Assembly: GCA_041674525.1 (NCBI GenBank) | Contig: JBAYVN010000003.1 | Coordinates: 202 to 64,201 of the forward strand | From: Dehalococcoidia bacterium | Lineage (GTDB): Bacteria; Chloroflexota; Dehalococcoidia; UBA2979 | DNA: 64,000 nucleotides | Direction of reading: 5' to 3' | Part shown: one piece after another, positions 16,816-24,789 of the stretch | Layout of the letters: the number at the start of each line of letters is the position of its first letter | Numbering within the stretch: position 1 is the first letter of the stretch | Notes under the pieces: generated by a model | What the model was told of the DNA's origin: nothing | Seen by the model: only the letters and a program-made list of their open reading frames with translations | Databases searched by the model: none | Translations under genes and position numbers: made by a program

Positions 16816-16863
16816 GGCCCGCAGGTCCGGATCGGGCGGCGCGGGTATCCCGCGCTTCGCCCG
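16816..16863 (-). repeat. copy B of the ~50-nt structured repeat, in the 85-nt argS-trpS spacer
   Basis: GGCCCGCAGGTCCGGATCGGGCGGCGCGGGTATCCCGCGCTTCGCCCG. On the transcribed strand it folds as CGGGCG-AA-GCGCGGG-ATA-CCCGCGC-CGCCCG. Confidence 0.7.
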
Positions 16864-16866
16864 ATA

Positions 16867-18531
16867 CTACATAGAGTCCGGCGCCGAGATGCCCATGAGG
16901 CCCAGCGTCCGCGCGAGGACCACGCGGGTCGCCTCCAGCAGGCGGAGGCGCGCCTTCGTCAGCGCGGGCTCATCCGCCTGGATCACGCGGCATTGCGTGT
17001 AGAACACGTGGAACGCGCCCGCGAGCTCCTGCGCGTAGTGCGTCAGGTGGTGCGGCGCGAGCTCGATGACCACCTTCTCGACGACCTCGGGCAGCAGCAG
17101 CAGCTTGCGCAGGAGCGTCTGCTCCGCCTCGTGCGTGAGCAGCGAGACGTCCGCGCCGTCCGCCGCGTGCCCGTCCTCGACGGCGCGCTTCAGCACCCCT
17201 GCGATGCGTGCGTGCGCGTACTGCACGTAGTACACCGGGTTCTCGTCCGACTGCTTCTTCGCCAGCTCCAGGTCGAAGTCCATCGTCTGGTTGGCGCCGG
17301 TCAGCAGGAAGAAGAAGCGCGTGGCGTCGCGCCCCACCTCATCCACCACGTCGCGCAGCGTGACGATCTCGCCGGCGCGCTTCGACAGCGGCACGACCAC
17401 GTCGCCTCGGCGGAGCGTCACCAGCTGGTACAGCAGCACGTCGAGGGCGCTCGCGTCGCCGCCGACGGCGGTCACCGCCGCCTTCACGCGCGAGACGTGG
17501 CCCTGGTGGTCGGCGCCCCAGATGTCGATCACTCGGTCGAAGCCGCGCTTGATGAACTTGTCGTAGTGGTACGCGATGTCCGTCGCGTAGTACGTCGGCT
17601 GCCCGTCGGTGCGGATCAGGACGTTGTCCTTCGACTCGCCGAGGTCCGTGGAGGTGAACCACACCGCGCCGTCGCGGCGCACGACCTGGTGCTGCGACTC
17701 CAGCAGCGCCATCACCTCGGCGTACGGGCCACCCGGCTCCATCAGCGAGCGCTCCGAGTACCAGCGGTCGTAGCGCACGCCCATGTGCTCCAGGTCCGCC
17801 CGGATGCCCTCCACCATCAGGTCCAGGCCGAGGCGGCCCAGGCCGGGGTCCGGTTCCTCGCCGGGCGGGCGGAGGTAGCGGTCGCCGTCGCGGTCCTTCA
17901 CCAGGCGGGCGACGTCGATCATGTACTCGCCGGGGTAGCCGTTCTCCGGGATCTGCACCTCGCGGCCGAAGAGCTGCTCGTACCGCGCGTAGAGGGTGCG
18001 CCCGAAGATGGCGACCTGCGTCCCGGCGTCGTTGACGTAGTACTCCTGCTCCACCTCGTAGCCCGCGGTGCGCATCACGTTCGCCAGCGTCGAGCCGATC
18101 GCCGCGCCGCGCCCGTTGCCGACGTGGATCGGCCCCGTGGGGTTCGCGCTGACGTACTCGATCTGCGCGCGCTTGCCCGTGCCGACGTCGAGCGCGGCGT
18201 AGCCGTCGCCCTGCGCGACGATGGCGTCCGTCTGCGCGGCCGCCCACGCCGGCGCGAGGTAGAAGTTGAGGAAGCCCGGCGGCGCCACGACCACCCGGTC
18301 CACGGCGGGGTGCGCGGGGACGTGCCTGTGGAGCGCCTCGGCGACGGCGATCGCCTTCATGCGCGCCAGGCCCTGGATGCGCAGCGGCAGGTTCGCCGAG
18401 AAGTCGCCGTGCTCGGGGCGGGCGGGGTGCTCCGTGGTGATCCCGGGCGTGGCGAACTGCGGCAGGTCGCCCGCGGCCTGCGCCGCCGCGAGCGCCTGCG
18501 CCGTGAGCGCGATGATCTCGTCTCGAATCAC
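16867..18531 (-). CDS. argS: arginine--tRNA ligase
   Basis: 554-aa ORF with a GTG start. ArgRS blocks are EYVSANPTGPIHVGNGRGAAIG, YYVNDAG, DIWGADHQGH, MSKRAG-like LSKRAGEIVTL, and the C-terminal anticodon-binding DALR-type region. Confidence 0.92.
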   Translation of the reverse strand: MIRDEIIALTAQALAAAQAAGDLPQFATPGITTEHPARPEHGDFSANLPLRIQGLARMKAIAVAEALHRHVPAHPAVDRVVVAPPGFLNFYLAPAWAAAQTDAIVAQGDGYAALDVGTGKRAQIEYVSANPTGPIHVGNGRGAAIGSTLANVMRTAGYEVEQEYYVNDAGTQVAIFGRTLYARYEQLFGREVQIPENGYPGEYMIDVARLVKDRDGDRYLRPPGEEPDPGLGRLGLDLMVEGIRADLEHMGVRYDRWYSERSLMEPGGPYAEVMALLESQHQVVRRDGAVWFTSTDLGESKDNVLIRTDGQPTYYATDIAYHYDKFIKRGFDRVIDIWGADHQGHVSRVKAAVTAVGGDASALDVLLYQLVTLRRGDVVVPLSKRAGEIVTLRDVVDEVGRDATRFFFLLTGANQTMDFDLELAKKQSDENPVYYVQYAHARIAGVLKRAVEDGHAADGADVSLLTHEAEQTLLRKLLLLPEVVEKVVIELAPHHLTHYAQELAGAFHVFYTQCRVIQADEPALTKARLRLLEATRVVLARTLGLMGISAPDSM

Positions 18532-18672
18532 GCCGAGGTGGCCTCTCCCCGCCTCGCGCGGACCGGCGCGGGCGAGTGGTCAGTGTAACGCGCCGCCCGG
18601 CTTCGGGCAGCGGCGGCGCGCCCGGCCGCGTGCCCGGCCGGGTGCCCGCGGGCGCACCGCCCGGTGCGGGCG

Positions 18673-19290
18673 CTAGCCCGATCGCGCGCGCGCCCGGCGC
18701 GCCGCTCGACGGAACTGGTACGCCAGCTCCGCCCCGGAGGCGACGGCGATCACCAGCGCCAGCAGCAGCCAGCCGATGCTCCCCAGCAGGTCGGAGAGGT
18801 CCTGCACGCGGTCGGCGAAGATCCGGCCGAGGGTCACGTACGCCGCGACCCACACCGCCTCGCCCACCAGGTCCCAGAACAGGAACTTCAGCCACGGGTA
18901 CCCGGACAGGCCGCTGGTCAGGTTGACCCACGGACCCAGCGCCGTGATCAGCCAGCGGCTGAAGAAGATGCCCGGCGCACCCCACCGGGCGCTGAACGCC
19001 TCGGCGCGCCGCATCGCGGTCGCTCGCCCGGTGCGCCGCACGAGGGCGTCCACGGCCCGCCGCCCGCCCCAGCGCCCGATCGCGTAGCCGATCTGGTCGC
19101 CGATGATCGCCGCCCCGCTGGCCAGCAGCAGCACCCGCCACAGCTCCATCTCCCCCTGCGCCACGAAGGAGCCCAGCGCGAGCAGGAAGAGCGATCCGGG
19201 GAGCGGCACGCCCAGCGCGGCAAAGAGCAGGATGGCGAACGCCGCCGCCAGCCCGTACGCCGCGAACCACGCAAACGCCAGCTCGCTCAG
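18673..19290 (-). CDS. DedA family (SNARE-associated) membrane protein; start codon unresolved
   Basis: The C-terminal ~205 aa of track ORF 18673..19671 carry DedA blocks (GVPLPGS, IIGDQIGYAIGRWGGRR, GIFFSRWL...LSG). There is no ATG/GTG/TTG between the upstream ORF stop and the conserved GVPLPG. CTG at 19290 overlaps that stop (CTGA) and has GAGG 6 nt upstream. Confidence 0.65.
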   Translation of the reverse strand: MSELAFAWFAAYGLAAAFAILLFAALGVPLPGSLFLLALGSFVAQGEMELWRVLLLASGAAIIGDQIGYAIGRWGGRRAVDALVRRTGRATAMRRAEAFSARWGAPGIFFSRWLITALGPWVNLTSGLSGYPWLKFLFWDLVGEAVWVAAYVTLGRIFADRVQDLSDLLGSIGWLLLALVIAVASGAELAYQFRRAARRARARSG

Positions 19291-19709
19291 GGCCCGCCTC
19301 GATCGCTCCCCGGGGGCCGGGGTGCTGGCGGGCGGAGCGGCGCGGTCTGCGGCGGGCGCGCCTCGTCGATGGCCGCGCGCAGCGTGGCGCTGATCTCCTC
19401 GAATGTCTTGCCCTGCGCCGCGGCGATCTCGCCCAGCGGGCGCCGATCGGGGCGCGCGGGCGGTCGAGGCTCCGGCACTCCGAGCGCGCGCAGGAGCACC
19501 TCGGGCGGCACGTCGTAGGAGTGCGCGACGTAGCCCACGGTCATCCAGCGCGCGATCGGCTCGTCCTGGTGCTGCCGCCAGTAGATCGCGTGCCGCACGG
19601 TGCGCACGGCGAAGAGCCCGGCGGCGATCAGCGCGAGAAGGAAGACGCCGGCGACCAGCCACTGCCACCATCCGAAGGCGGCGAGGACGTGCCGGATGCG
19701 TACGCTCAT
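19287..19709 (-). CDS. hypothetical membrane-anchored protein (140 aa)
   Basis: ATG 19709 is preceded by GTGGAGGC. Has one N-terminal TM span (WWQWLVAGVFLLALIAAGLFAV), then a soluble region and a Pro/Arg-rich tail. No family recognised. Confidence 0.5.
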   Translation of the reverse strand: MSVRIRHVLAAFGWWQWLVAGVFLLALIAAGLFAVRTVRHAIYWRQHQDEPIARWMTVGYVAHSYDVPPEVLLRALGVPEPRPPARPDRRPLGEIAAAQGKTFEEISATLRAAIDEARPPQTAPLRPPAPRPPGSDRGGP

Positions 19710-19801
19710 GCCTCCACTATCGCGCGTCCTGCCGCGCGCTGCACATCCGCGCGGAACGGTGCTAGCCTCGGCTCGACCCGCCGCCCGCCCGAGGAGTGAC
19801 G

Positions 19802-20239
19802 ATGCCCGCGAATCAGCCGTCGAGCAGCCCGCCCGGCCCGCTGCGAAGCCCCGCCCCGAAGCCAGCCGCGAAGCGCCCCGCGATGAAGGTGCAGATGCAG
19901 AAGCCCGACGCCGAGGTGGCCGCGCGCGTGGGGAAGGTGATGGCGGACCTGCCGGTCTACCCCCGCCCGATGTTCGGGTGCCCGGCGTGGTTCGTGGAGG
20001 CGAACGCGCAGCTCCTCGGCTGCGTCTGGGGCGACGCCCTGTGCATCCGCGTGGGCGCCGAGGAGACCGCGCGCCTCGTCGCCTCCGGCAAGGCCACCCC
20101 CTTCGATCCCATGGGCGGCCGCCCGATGCGCGAGTACGTCCTCGTCCCCGCCGCCTCGATGCGCCCCGCGCAACTGCGGAAGTGGGTGGAGCGCGGACTG
20201 GCGTTCACGGAGACGGTGGCGGCGAAGAAGGGGAAGTAG
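19802..20239 (+). CDS. TfoX N-terminal domain-like protein
   Basis: ATG 19802 lies 5 nt after GAGGAG. The core MFGCPAWFVEANAQLLGCVWGDALCIRVG...FDPMGGRPMREYVLVP resembles the TfoX_N/YrdD-like fold. Has a Pro-rich N-terminus. Confidence 0.55.
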   Translation: MPANQPSSSPPGPLRSPAPKPAAKRPAMKVQMQKPDAEVAARVGKVMADLPVYPRPMFGCPAWFVEANAQLLGCVWGDALCIRVGAEETARLVASGKATPFDPMGGRPMREYVLVPAASMRPAQLRKWVERGLAFTETVAAKKGK

Positions 20240-20243
20240 GGAG

Positions 20244-20849
20244 TTAGTGGATTCCGGCGGGATCGGTCTGGCCTGCGAACTGACTCGATCCTCCAGCCGG
20301 CGTTCCATTCACCTCTTCGATGACTAGTTGGCAGATTGGCATGCCGCGTGTGAGGAGAATTCGCGTCTTCCCGAGATTCCGAATCTCAAGGGTGATCTGT
20401 CCGACATATCCCGCCTGAATCGTCGGTGCCGTGAGGTGGACGATCAGGCCAAAGCGAGCGAGAGTGCTCTTCCCTTCGACCCGGGCTGCGAGGCAGGGCC
20501 GTCCTTGGGCCTTGTTCTCGAACTCGGCGGGTAAAGCGAAGGCTACCTCTTCTTCTGTAATCCCGAGCACGAGATGCTCGGGATCGAGTATGTAGCCTTG
20601 TGCAGGGATCTCTTCTCGTTTGTACAGAGTCCGGAGTTTCTCTGCGGTACTTCCGAGACGCGGGTCAATGATGACCCCTTCATCGATCTGGGGTATCCGT
20701 AACACCGAGCCGAGTCGGAGATCGACGGAGGAACGGCTGTATGGACGATCAGGCTTTTCGATCGTTGCAGTGCGCGGAGCCGGTTCAGGGCTGATCCGAA
20801 GCCGACCATCATCCAACGCTTCATGGATCTGAACGTCGCTGAGGATCAA
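20244..20849 (-). CDS. dcd: dCTP deaminase family protein (dUTPase-fold Dcd)
   Basis: 201-aa ORF, TTG start 5 nt after GAGGTG. Aligns by eye with E. coli and M. tuberculosis Dcd: MILSD..I, SSVDLRLG, GKSTLARFGLIVHLTA (Ser/Arg catalytic block), GYVGQITLEIRNLG (catalytic Glu), GMPICQL, and a C-terminal SQFAGQ. Visibly lower G+C than its surroundings. Confidence 0.8.
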   Translation of the reverse strand: MILSDVQIHEALDDGRLRISPEPAPRTATIEKPDRPYSRSSVDLRLGSVLRIPQIDEGVIIDPRLGSTAEKLRTLYKREEIPAQGYILDPEHLVLGITEEEVAFALPAEFENKAQGRPCLAARVEGKSTLARFGLIVHLTAPTIQAGYVGQITLEIRNLGKTRILLTRGMPICQLVIEEVNGTPAGGSSQFAGQTDPAGIH

Positions 20850-20858
20850 GCGTCCACC

Positions 20859-21107
20859 TCACACTGCCTCGAGGATCTCCTCGCGAACGGTCACCTCTTG
20901 GCCGGCTCCGAAAACATCCCCCGGCAGTTCAACAAGTGAGCGTCCCGCGGCGGTGGCGAGAATACGGACACGGATCGCCTGCCCACCGACCAGTGAGCGA
21001 GGAGCGATCACTGAGACTTCTCGCCCCTTTTCATCTTTGAACGTGAGGATTACTTCCGATTCGAACGGTCCATCCTGGATATGGCCTTTCAACATTCCGG
21101 TGCCCAT
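20859..21107 (-). CDS. hypothetical protein (82 aa), first gene of the low-GC cassette
   Basis: Last 82 codons of track ORF 20859..21920. ATG 21107 lies 6 nt after GGGAGGG. Sequence is MGTGMLKGHIQDGPFESEVILTFKDEKGREVSVIAPRSLVGGQAIRVRILATAAGRSLVELPGDVFGAGQEVTVREEILEAV. Its stop is 9 nt before the dcd TTG. No family recognised. Confidence 0.55.
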   Translation of the reverse strand: MGTGMLKGHIQDGPFESEVILTFKDEKGREVSVIAPRSLVGGQAIRVRILATAAGRSLVELPGDVFGAGQEVTVREEILEAV

Positions 21108-21132
21108 GGGTGACCCTCCCTGCTCCGACAGG

Positions 21133-21161
21133 AATGTAACACAATGTGACGCAAATGATAA
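21133..21161 (-). promoter_or_regulatory. putative sigma-70-type promoter of the low-GC cassette
   Basis: On the minus strand: TTATCA (21161-21156), a 17-nt spacer, then TACATT (21138-21133). It sits in the most AT-rich 60 nt of the window (about 37 % G+C), ~25 nt upstream of the ATG at 21107. Confidence 0.4.
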
Positions 21162-21196
21162 ATAGATAATACGCATAGATAGTAGAACAGATGTTC

Positions 21197-23866
21197 CTAG
21201 TGCATCTCCGCCACCACGCTCGCCGTTCTGCTGGCGATCGCTGCCTTCAGGGCCTGGTGGTCGAGGCGCTTGAGGTCGGGGTCTTCGTCGAGGAGCGTCT
21301 CGGCCTCGCGGCGGGCGGCGTCGATCAGCGGGGCGTCGAGGAGGCTGGCGACGCGCAGGGACGGGATGCCGGACTGCGCCGTGCCGAAGAGGTCGCCGGG
21401 GCCGCGCAGCTGCAGGTCCGCCTCGGCCAGCGCGAAGCCGTCCGTGGTGCGCTCCATCACCGATAGTCGTTCTTCGGCCTCGGGCGTGGGGTCGTCGGCC
21501 AGCAGGAAGCACGTGCTCGCATGATCGCCGCGGCCCACGCGTCCGCGAAACTGGTGCAGCTGCGCGAGGCCAAAGCGATCCGCGCCCTCGATCGCCATCA
21601 CCGTCGCGTTCGGCACGTCGATTCCTACCTCGACGACGGCCGTGGACACGAGAATATCCGCCTCGCCGTTCGCGAACGCGCGCATCACGCCGTCCTTCTG
21701 CTTCGCGCCCATGCGACCGTGCAGCAGCAGGATGCGCCCGCGCTCGCCTAGGTCGGGGAACTCCTCCGTGCGCAGGCGCTCGAACTCCTCCGTCGCCGCG
21801 CGGGACTCCACCGTCTCCGAGCCCTCGACGAGCGGGCAGATCACGAACGCCTGCCGCCCCGCCTCGATCTCCGCGCGCATCGTCGCGAACGCCTCGCGAC
21901 GCTGGATCGGCGACAGCCACTTCGTCACGATCGGCGTCCGCCCCGGCGGCAGCTCGTCGATGATCGTCAGGTCCAGGTCGCCGTACGCCGTCAGCGCCAG
22001 CGATCGCGGGATCGGCGTGGCGCTCATCACCAGCAGGTGGGGCGAGATCGCGTGTTCCTCGCGCGAAGGCGAGGATGCCTCGCCCGCGCGATCCCGATCT
22101 TCGCGCAGCGCAGCACCACCGCCCTCAATCCCCTTGCGACGGAGCGCGCCGCGCTGCATCACGCCGAAGCGGTGCTGCTCGTCCACCACCGCGAGGCCGA
22201 GGCGCGCGTACTCGACGTTCTCCTGGATCAGCGCGTGCGTCCCCACCGCCAGCTGCGCGCCGCCGAACTTCAGCGCCTCCATCGCCGCGCGCCGCTCGGC
22301 GGCCCTCGTGGAGCCGGTGAGCAGCACGATGCGCACCGGGAGGGGCAGGCCGGGGACGTTCACCACGCCGTGCAGCGGCGGCTCGGACGCGCCGTCATCG
22401 AGGCCCGAGAGCATCCGGCACAGCGTGCGGTAATGCTGCTCCGCCAGCACCTCGGTGGGCGCCATCATCACCGCCTGGTAGCCCGCCGAGATCATCGACA
22501 GCATGGCCGCCAGCGCGACGACCGTCTTGCCGGAGCCCACGTCGCCCTCCAGCAGCCGCGACATCGGCACGTTGCGCGCGATGTCCGCGCGGATGGCGGC
22601 GAGCGCCTCGCGCTGCGAGCGGGTCAGCGCGAACGGGAGCGTCGCGAGGAACGCCTCGGCCGCGGCGTGATCCGTGATCACCGGGGCGTTGCCCTGCGCC
22701 TGCCACTCGCGCTTCCGCGACACCACGCCCAGCTGGATCGCCAGCAGCTCGTCGAACGCGAGGCGGCGGCGCGCCTCGCGCAGCGCGTCCTCCGAGTCCG
22801 GGTAGTGGATCTGCCGTGTCGCCTCGGCGAGCCCGACCAGCCCGTGGCGCCGCCGGATCGCCTCCGGCACGGGGTCCTCGATGCGGTCGCCGAACGCCTC
22901 CAGCAGGCTCGCGATCATCGTGCGCAGCGTGCGTTGCGGCAGCCCCTGCGTCAGCGAGTACACCGGGACGAAGCGCCCGGTGTGCGCCCCCGCGTGCGGC
23001 CCGTCGAGGCGCTCGTACTCCGGGTTCTGGAAGACGGGCCGCCCGCGATAGATCGTGACCTTGCCGGCGAGGGCGACGTGCGATCCCGCGGGGAGCGAGC
23101 GCGCGATGTACGGCTGGTTGAACCACGTCGCCGTGATCCGCGCGCCGAGGTCGTCCGTCAGCACCGCCTCCGTCGCGCGCATCTTGCCGCCGCGACCCAT
23201 GCGCACCTCGCGCGCGCGGTCGATGGTGCCACGCACGGTCTGCTCCACGCCCACCTTCAGCGCGCTGATCGGCACCGTGCGCGAGAAGTCGTGGTGCCGG
23301 TACGGGTACGCCCGCAGCGCATCGCCGACGGTGCGGATGCCGAGGTGCTCGAGCCGCGCGAACGTCGGCGCGCGCAGCCCCGTCCCCGCGTCCTCGATCG
23401 GCAGGTCGAGCGCCGCCGCGCCGGGGGCCGCCCGCCGCGCCGCGCGTTGCGGACCGGTCAGCCCGGGCGTCGCCGCCCCGCCTCGCTCCTCGCCGCCGCT
23501 GGCGCTGCCGGGCGCCGCGCGGGGCCGCGAGGCGCGTGCGGGCTTCGCGGCGGCTCTCGATGCGCGGGCGGGGCGCTCGGGGACCGGGGCGATCGGCGGC
23601 GGCGCCAGCTCGTCGGCGAGCGCGGTCTCGCGGCGGATCGTGGCCAGCGCACGCCGCAGCCAGGTCACGCGCTCCTCGGTGTCCATGGCGGCGTACCCGG
23701 CGATCGGGAGCGCCGCGCGCATGCGACGCACCGGCGAGCCCTCGCGCTCCCCCTCGGCCTCGCGCGCAAGCATGGCGTCCAGGCCGCCCTGCACGAGGGT
23801 GTCCGCGGCCCCGCTCTCGAGTTCACGTTCGAGCACCGCGCGCAGCCGCCAGAGGTCCGCGCTCAT
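21197..23866 (-). CDS. recG: ATP-dependent DNA helicase RecG (with ~165-aa N-terminal extension)
   Basis: 889-aa ORF. Wedge region (LEHLGIRTVGDALRAYPYRH, ATWFNQPY), helicase motifs (GDVGSGKTVVA, VVDEQHRFGV, MSATPIPR, QLHQLRGRVGRG-like QLHQFRGRVGRG). No canonical start exists just before the wedge domain, so the extension appears real. Confidence 0.9.
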   Translation of the reverse strand: MSADLWRLRAVLERELESGAADTLVQGGLDAMLAREAEGEREGSPVRRMRAALPIAGYAAMDTEERVTWLRRALATIRRETALADELAPPPIAPVPERPARASRAAAKPARASRPRAAPGSASGGEERGGAATPGLTGPQRAARRAAPGAAALDLPIEDAGTGLRAPTFARLEHLGIRTVGDALRAYPYRHHDFSRTVPISALKVGVEQTVRGTIDRAREVRMGRGGKMRATEAVLTDDLGARITATWFNQPYIARSLPAGSHVALAGKVTIYRGRPVFQNPEYERLDGPHAGAHTGRFVPVYSLTQGLPQRTLRTMIASLLEAFGDRIEDPVPEAIRRRHGLVGLAEATRQIHYPDSEDALREARRRLAFDELLAIQLGVVSRKREWQAQGNAPVITDHAAAEAFLATLPFALTRSQREALAAIRADIARNVPMSRLLEGDVGSGKTVVALAAMLSMISAGYQAVMMAPTEVLAEQHYRTLCRMLSGLDDGASEPPLHGVVNVPGLPLPVRIVLLTGSTRAAERRAAMEALKFGGAQLAVGTHALIQENVEYARLGLAVVDEQHRFGVMQRGALRRKGIEGGGAALREDRDRAGEASSPSREEHAISPHLLVMSATPIPRSLALTAYGDLDLTIIDELPPGRTPIVTKWLSPIQRREAFATMRAEIEAGRQAFVICPLVEGSETVESRAATEEFERLRTEEFPDLGERGRILLLHGRMGAKQKDGVMRAFANGEADILVSTAVVEVGIDVPNATVMAIEGADRFGLAQLHQFRGRVGRGDHASTCFLLADDPTPEAEERLSVMERTTDGFALAEADLQLRGPGDLFGTAQSGIPSLRVASLLDAPLIDAARREAETLLDEDPDLKRLDHQALKAAIASRTASVVAEMH

Positions 23867-23876
23867 CGCCCGGGGG

Positions 23877-24746
23877 TCACTTCGCAGCGATCATCCGCGA
23901 CTGCTCGTCGGGAGCGGTGACCACGCCGGCGCCCAGGACCCCCGGCCCGCCGTGCACGCCGACCACCGGCGTGATGCGGCCCACCGTGATCGGGGCGTCC
24001 GCGTCCAGCCCGGCGATCCGGTCGCGCAGGTAGTTCGCCTCTTCGGGTGTCGTGGAGTGGACCACGAAGAGGTGCGCCACCGGGCGCAGGTCCGAGCAGC
24101 GGCCGATGATGTCCTCGATGGCGCGGCGCCGCGTGCGCACGCGGCCCACCGGGACCACCTCGCCCTCCCGGATCGCGAGGATGGGCTTCACCTTCAGCAG
24201 CGTGCCCAGCAGTTCCTGTCCACGCGACATGCGTCCGCCGCGGCGCAGGTACTCCAGCGTGTCGACCGTGAAGAAGATGTGCGTGCGGCGGAACATGTCC
24301 TCCGCCTGCGCCCGCACAGCATCGATGTCCACCCCGGCGCGCGCGGCCTTCGCTGCCTCCATCACGCCGGTGCCGAGGCCCAGCGAGACCGTGCCCGAGT
24401 CCACGAACTCGATGCGCGCGCCCTCCACTCCCTGTGCGCCCTGCCGCGCCGACTCCAGCGTGCCGCTCAGCCGAGCAGAGATGTGGATCGAGAGGATCTC
24501 GGTGGCGCCCTCGTCGATCAGCCGCTGGTAGGCGTGCGTGAAGAGGGCGGGAGTGGGCTGCGCCGTGGTCGGCATGTTCGGGTCGCGCTCCAGGCGGCGA
24601 AAGAACTGCTCGGCCTGGATGTCGACCCCGTCCAGAAGCTCCTCGTCCCCGAACAGGATCGAAAGCGGCACCACCGTGATCCCCAGCGCCTGGATGGCCT
24701 CAAGGGGCAGGTCGCACGTCGAATCCGTGACGATGCGGAGGGTCAT
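23877..24746 (-). CDS. DegV family fatty-acid-binding protein
   Basis: 289-aa ORF. MTLRIVTDSTCDLP, TTAQPTP and SIHISARLSGT are typical DegV blocks. Its stop lies 10 nt before the recG ATG. Confidence 0.85.
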   Translation of the reverse strand: MTLRIVTDSTCDLPLEAIQALGITVVPLSILFGDEELLDGVDIQAEQFFRRLERDPNMPTTAQPTPALFTHAYQRLIDEGATEILSIHISARLSGTLESARQGAQGVEGARIEFVDSGTVSLGLGTGVMEAAKAARAGVDIDAVRAQAEDMFRRTHIFFTVDTLEYLRRGGRMSRGQELLGTLLKVKPILAIREGEVVPVGRVRTRRRAIEDIIGRCSDLRPVAHLFVVHSTTPEEANYLRDRIAGLDADAPITVGRITPVVGVHGGPGVLGAGVVTAPDEQSRMIAAK

Positions 24747-24789
24747 GGCGGGATGATAGCCGAGCGACCCCTTCCGTGCTCGGCGGCGG

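Noticed and set aside
19287-19289. The TGA ending the 140-aa ORF, considered as a possible selenocysteine codon because selD is present in the window.
   Set aside because: Read-through in that frame gives Arg/Trp/Gly-rich nonsense (it matches track ORF 18948..19274). The DedA sequence is in a different frame, so a frameshift or CTG start, not Sec decoding, is the relevant alternative.
20859-21920. The full 353-aa track ORF that contains the 82-aa cassette protein at its C-terminus.
   Set aside because: The upstream 270 codons overlap the 3' end of recG out of frame and are Arg/Gly/Pro-rich junk. The compositional break, the promoter-like AT-rich region and a strong SD all support the internal ATG at 21107.
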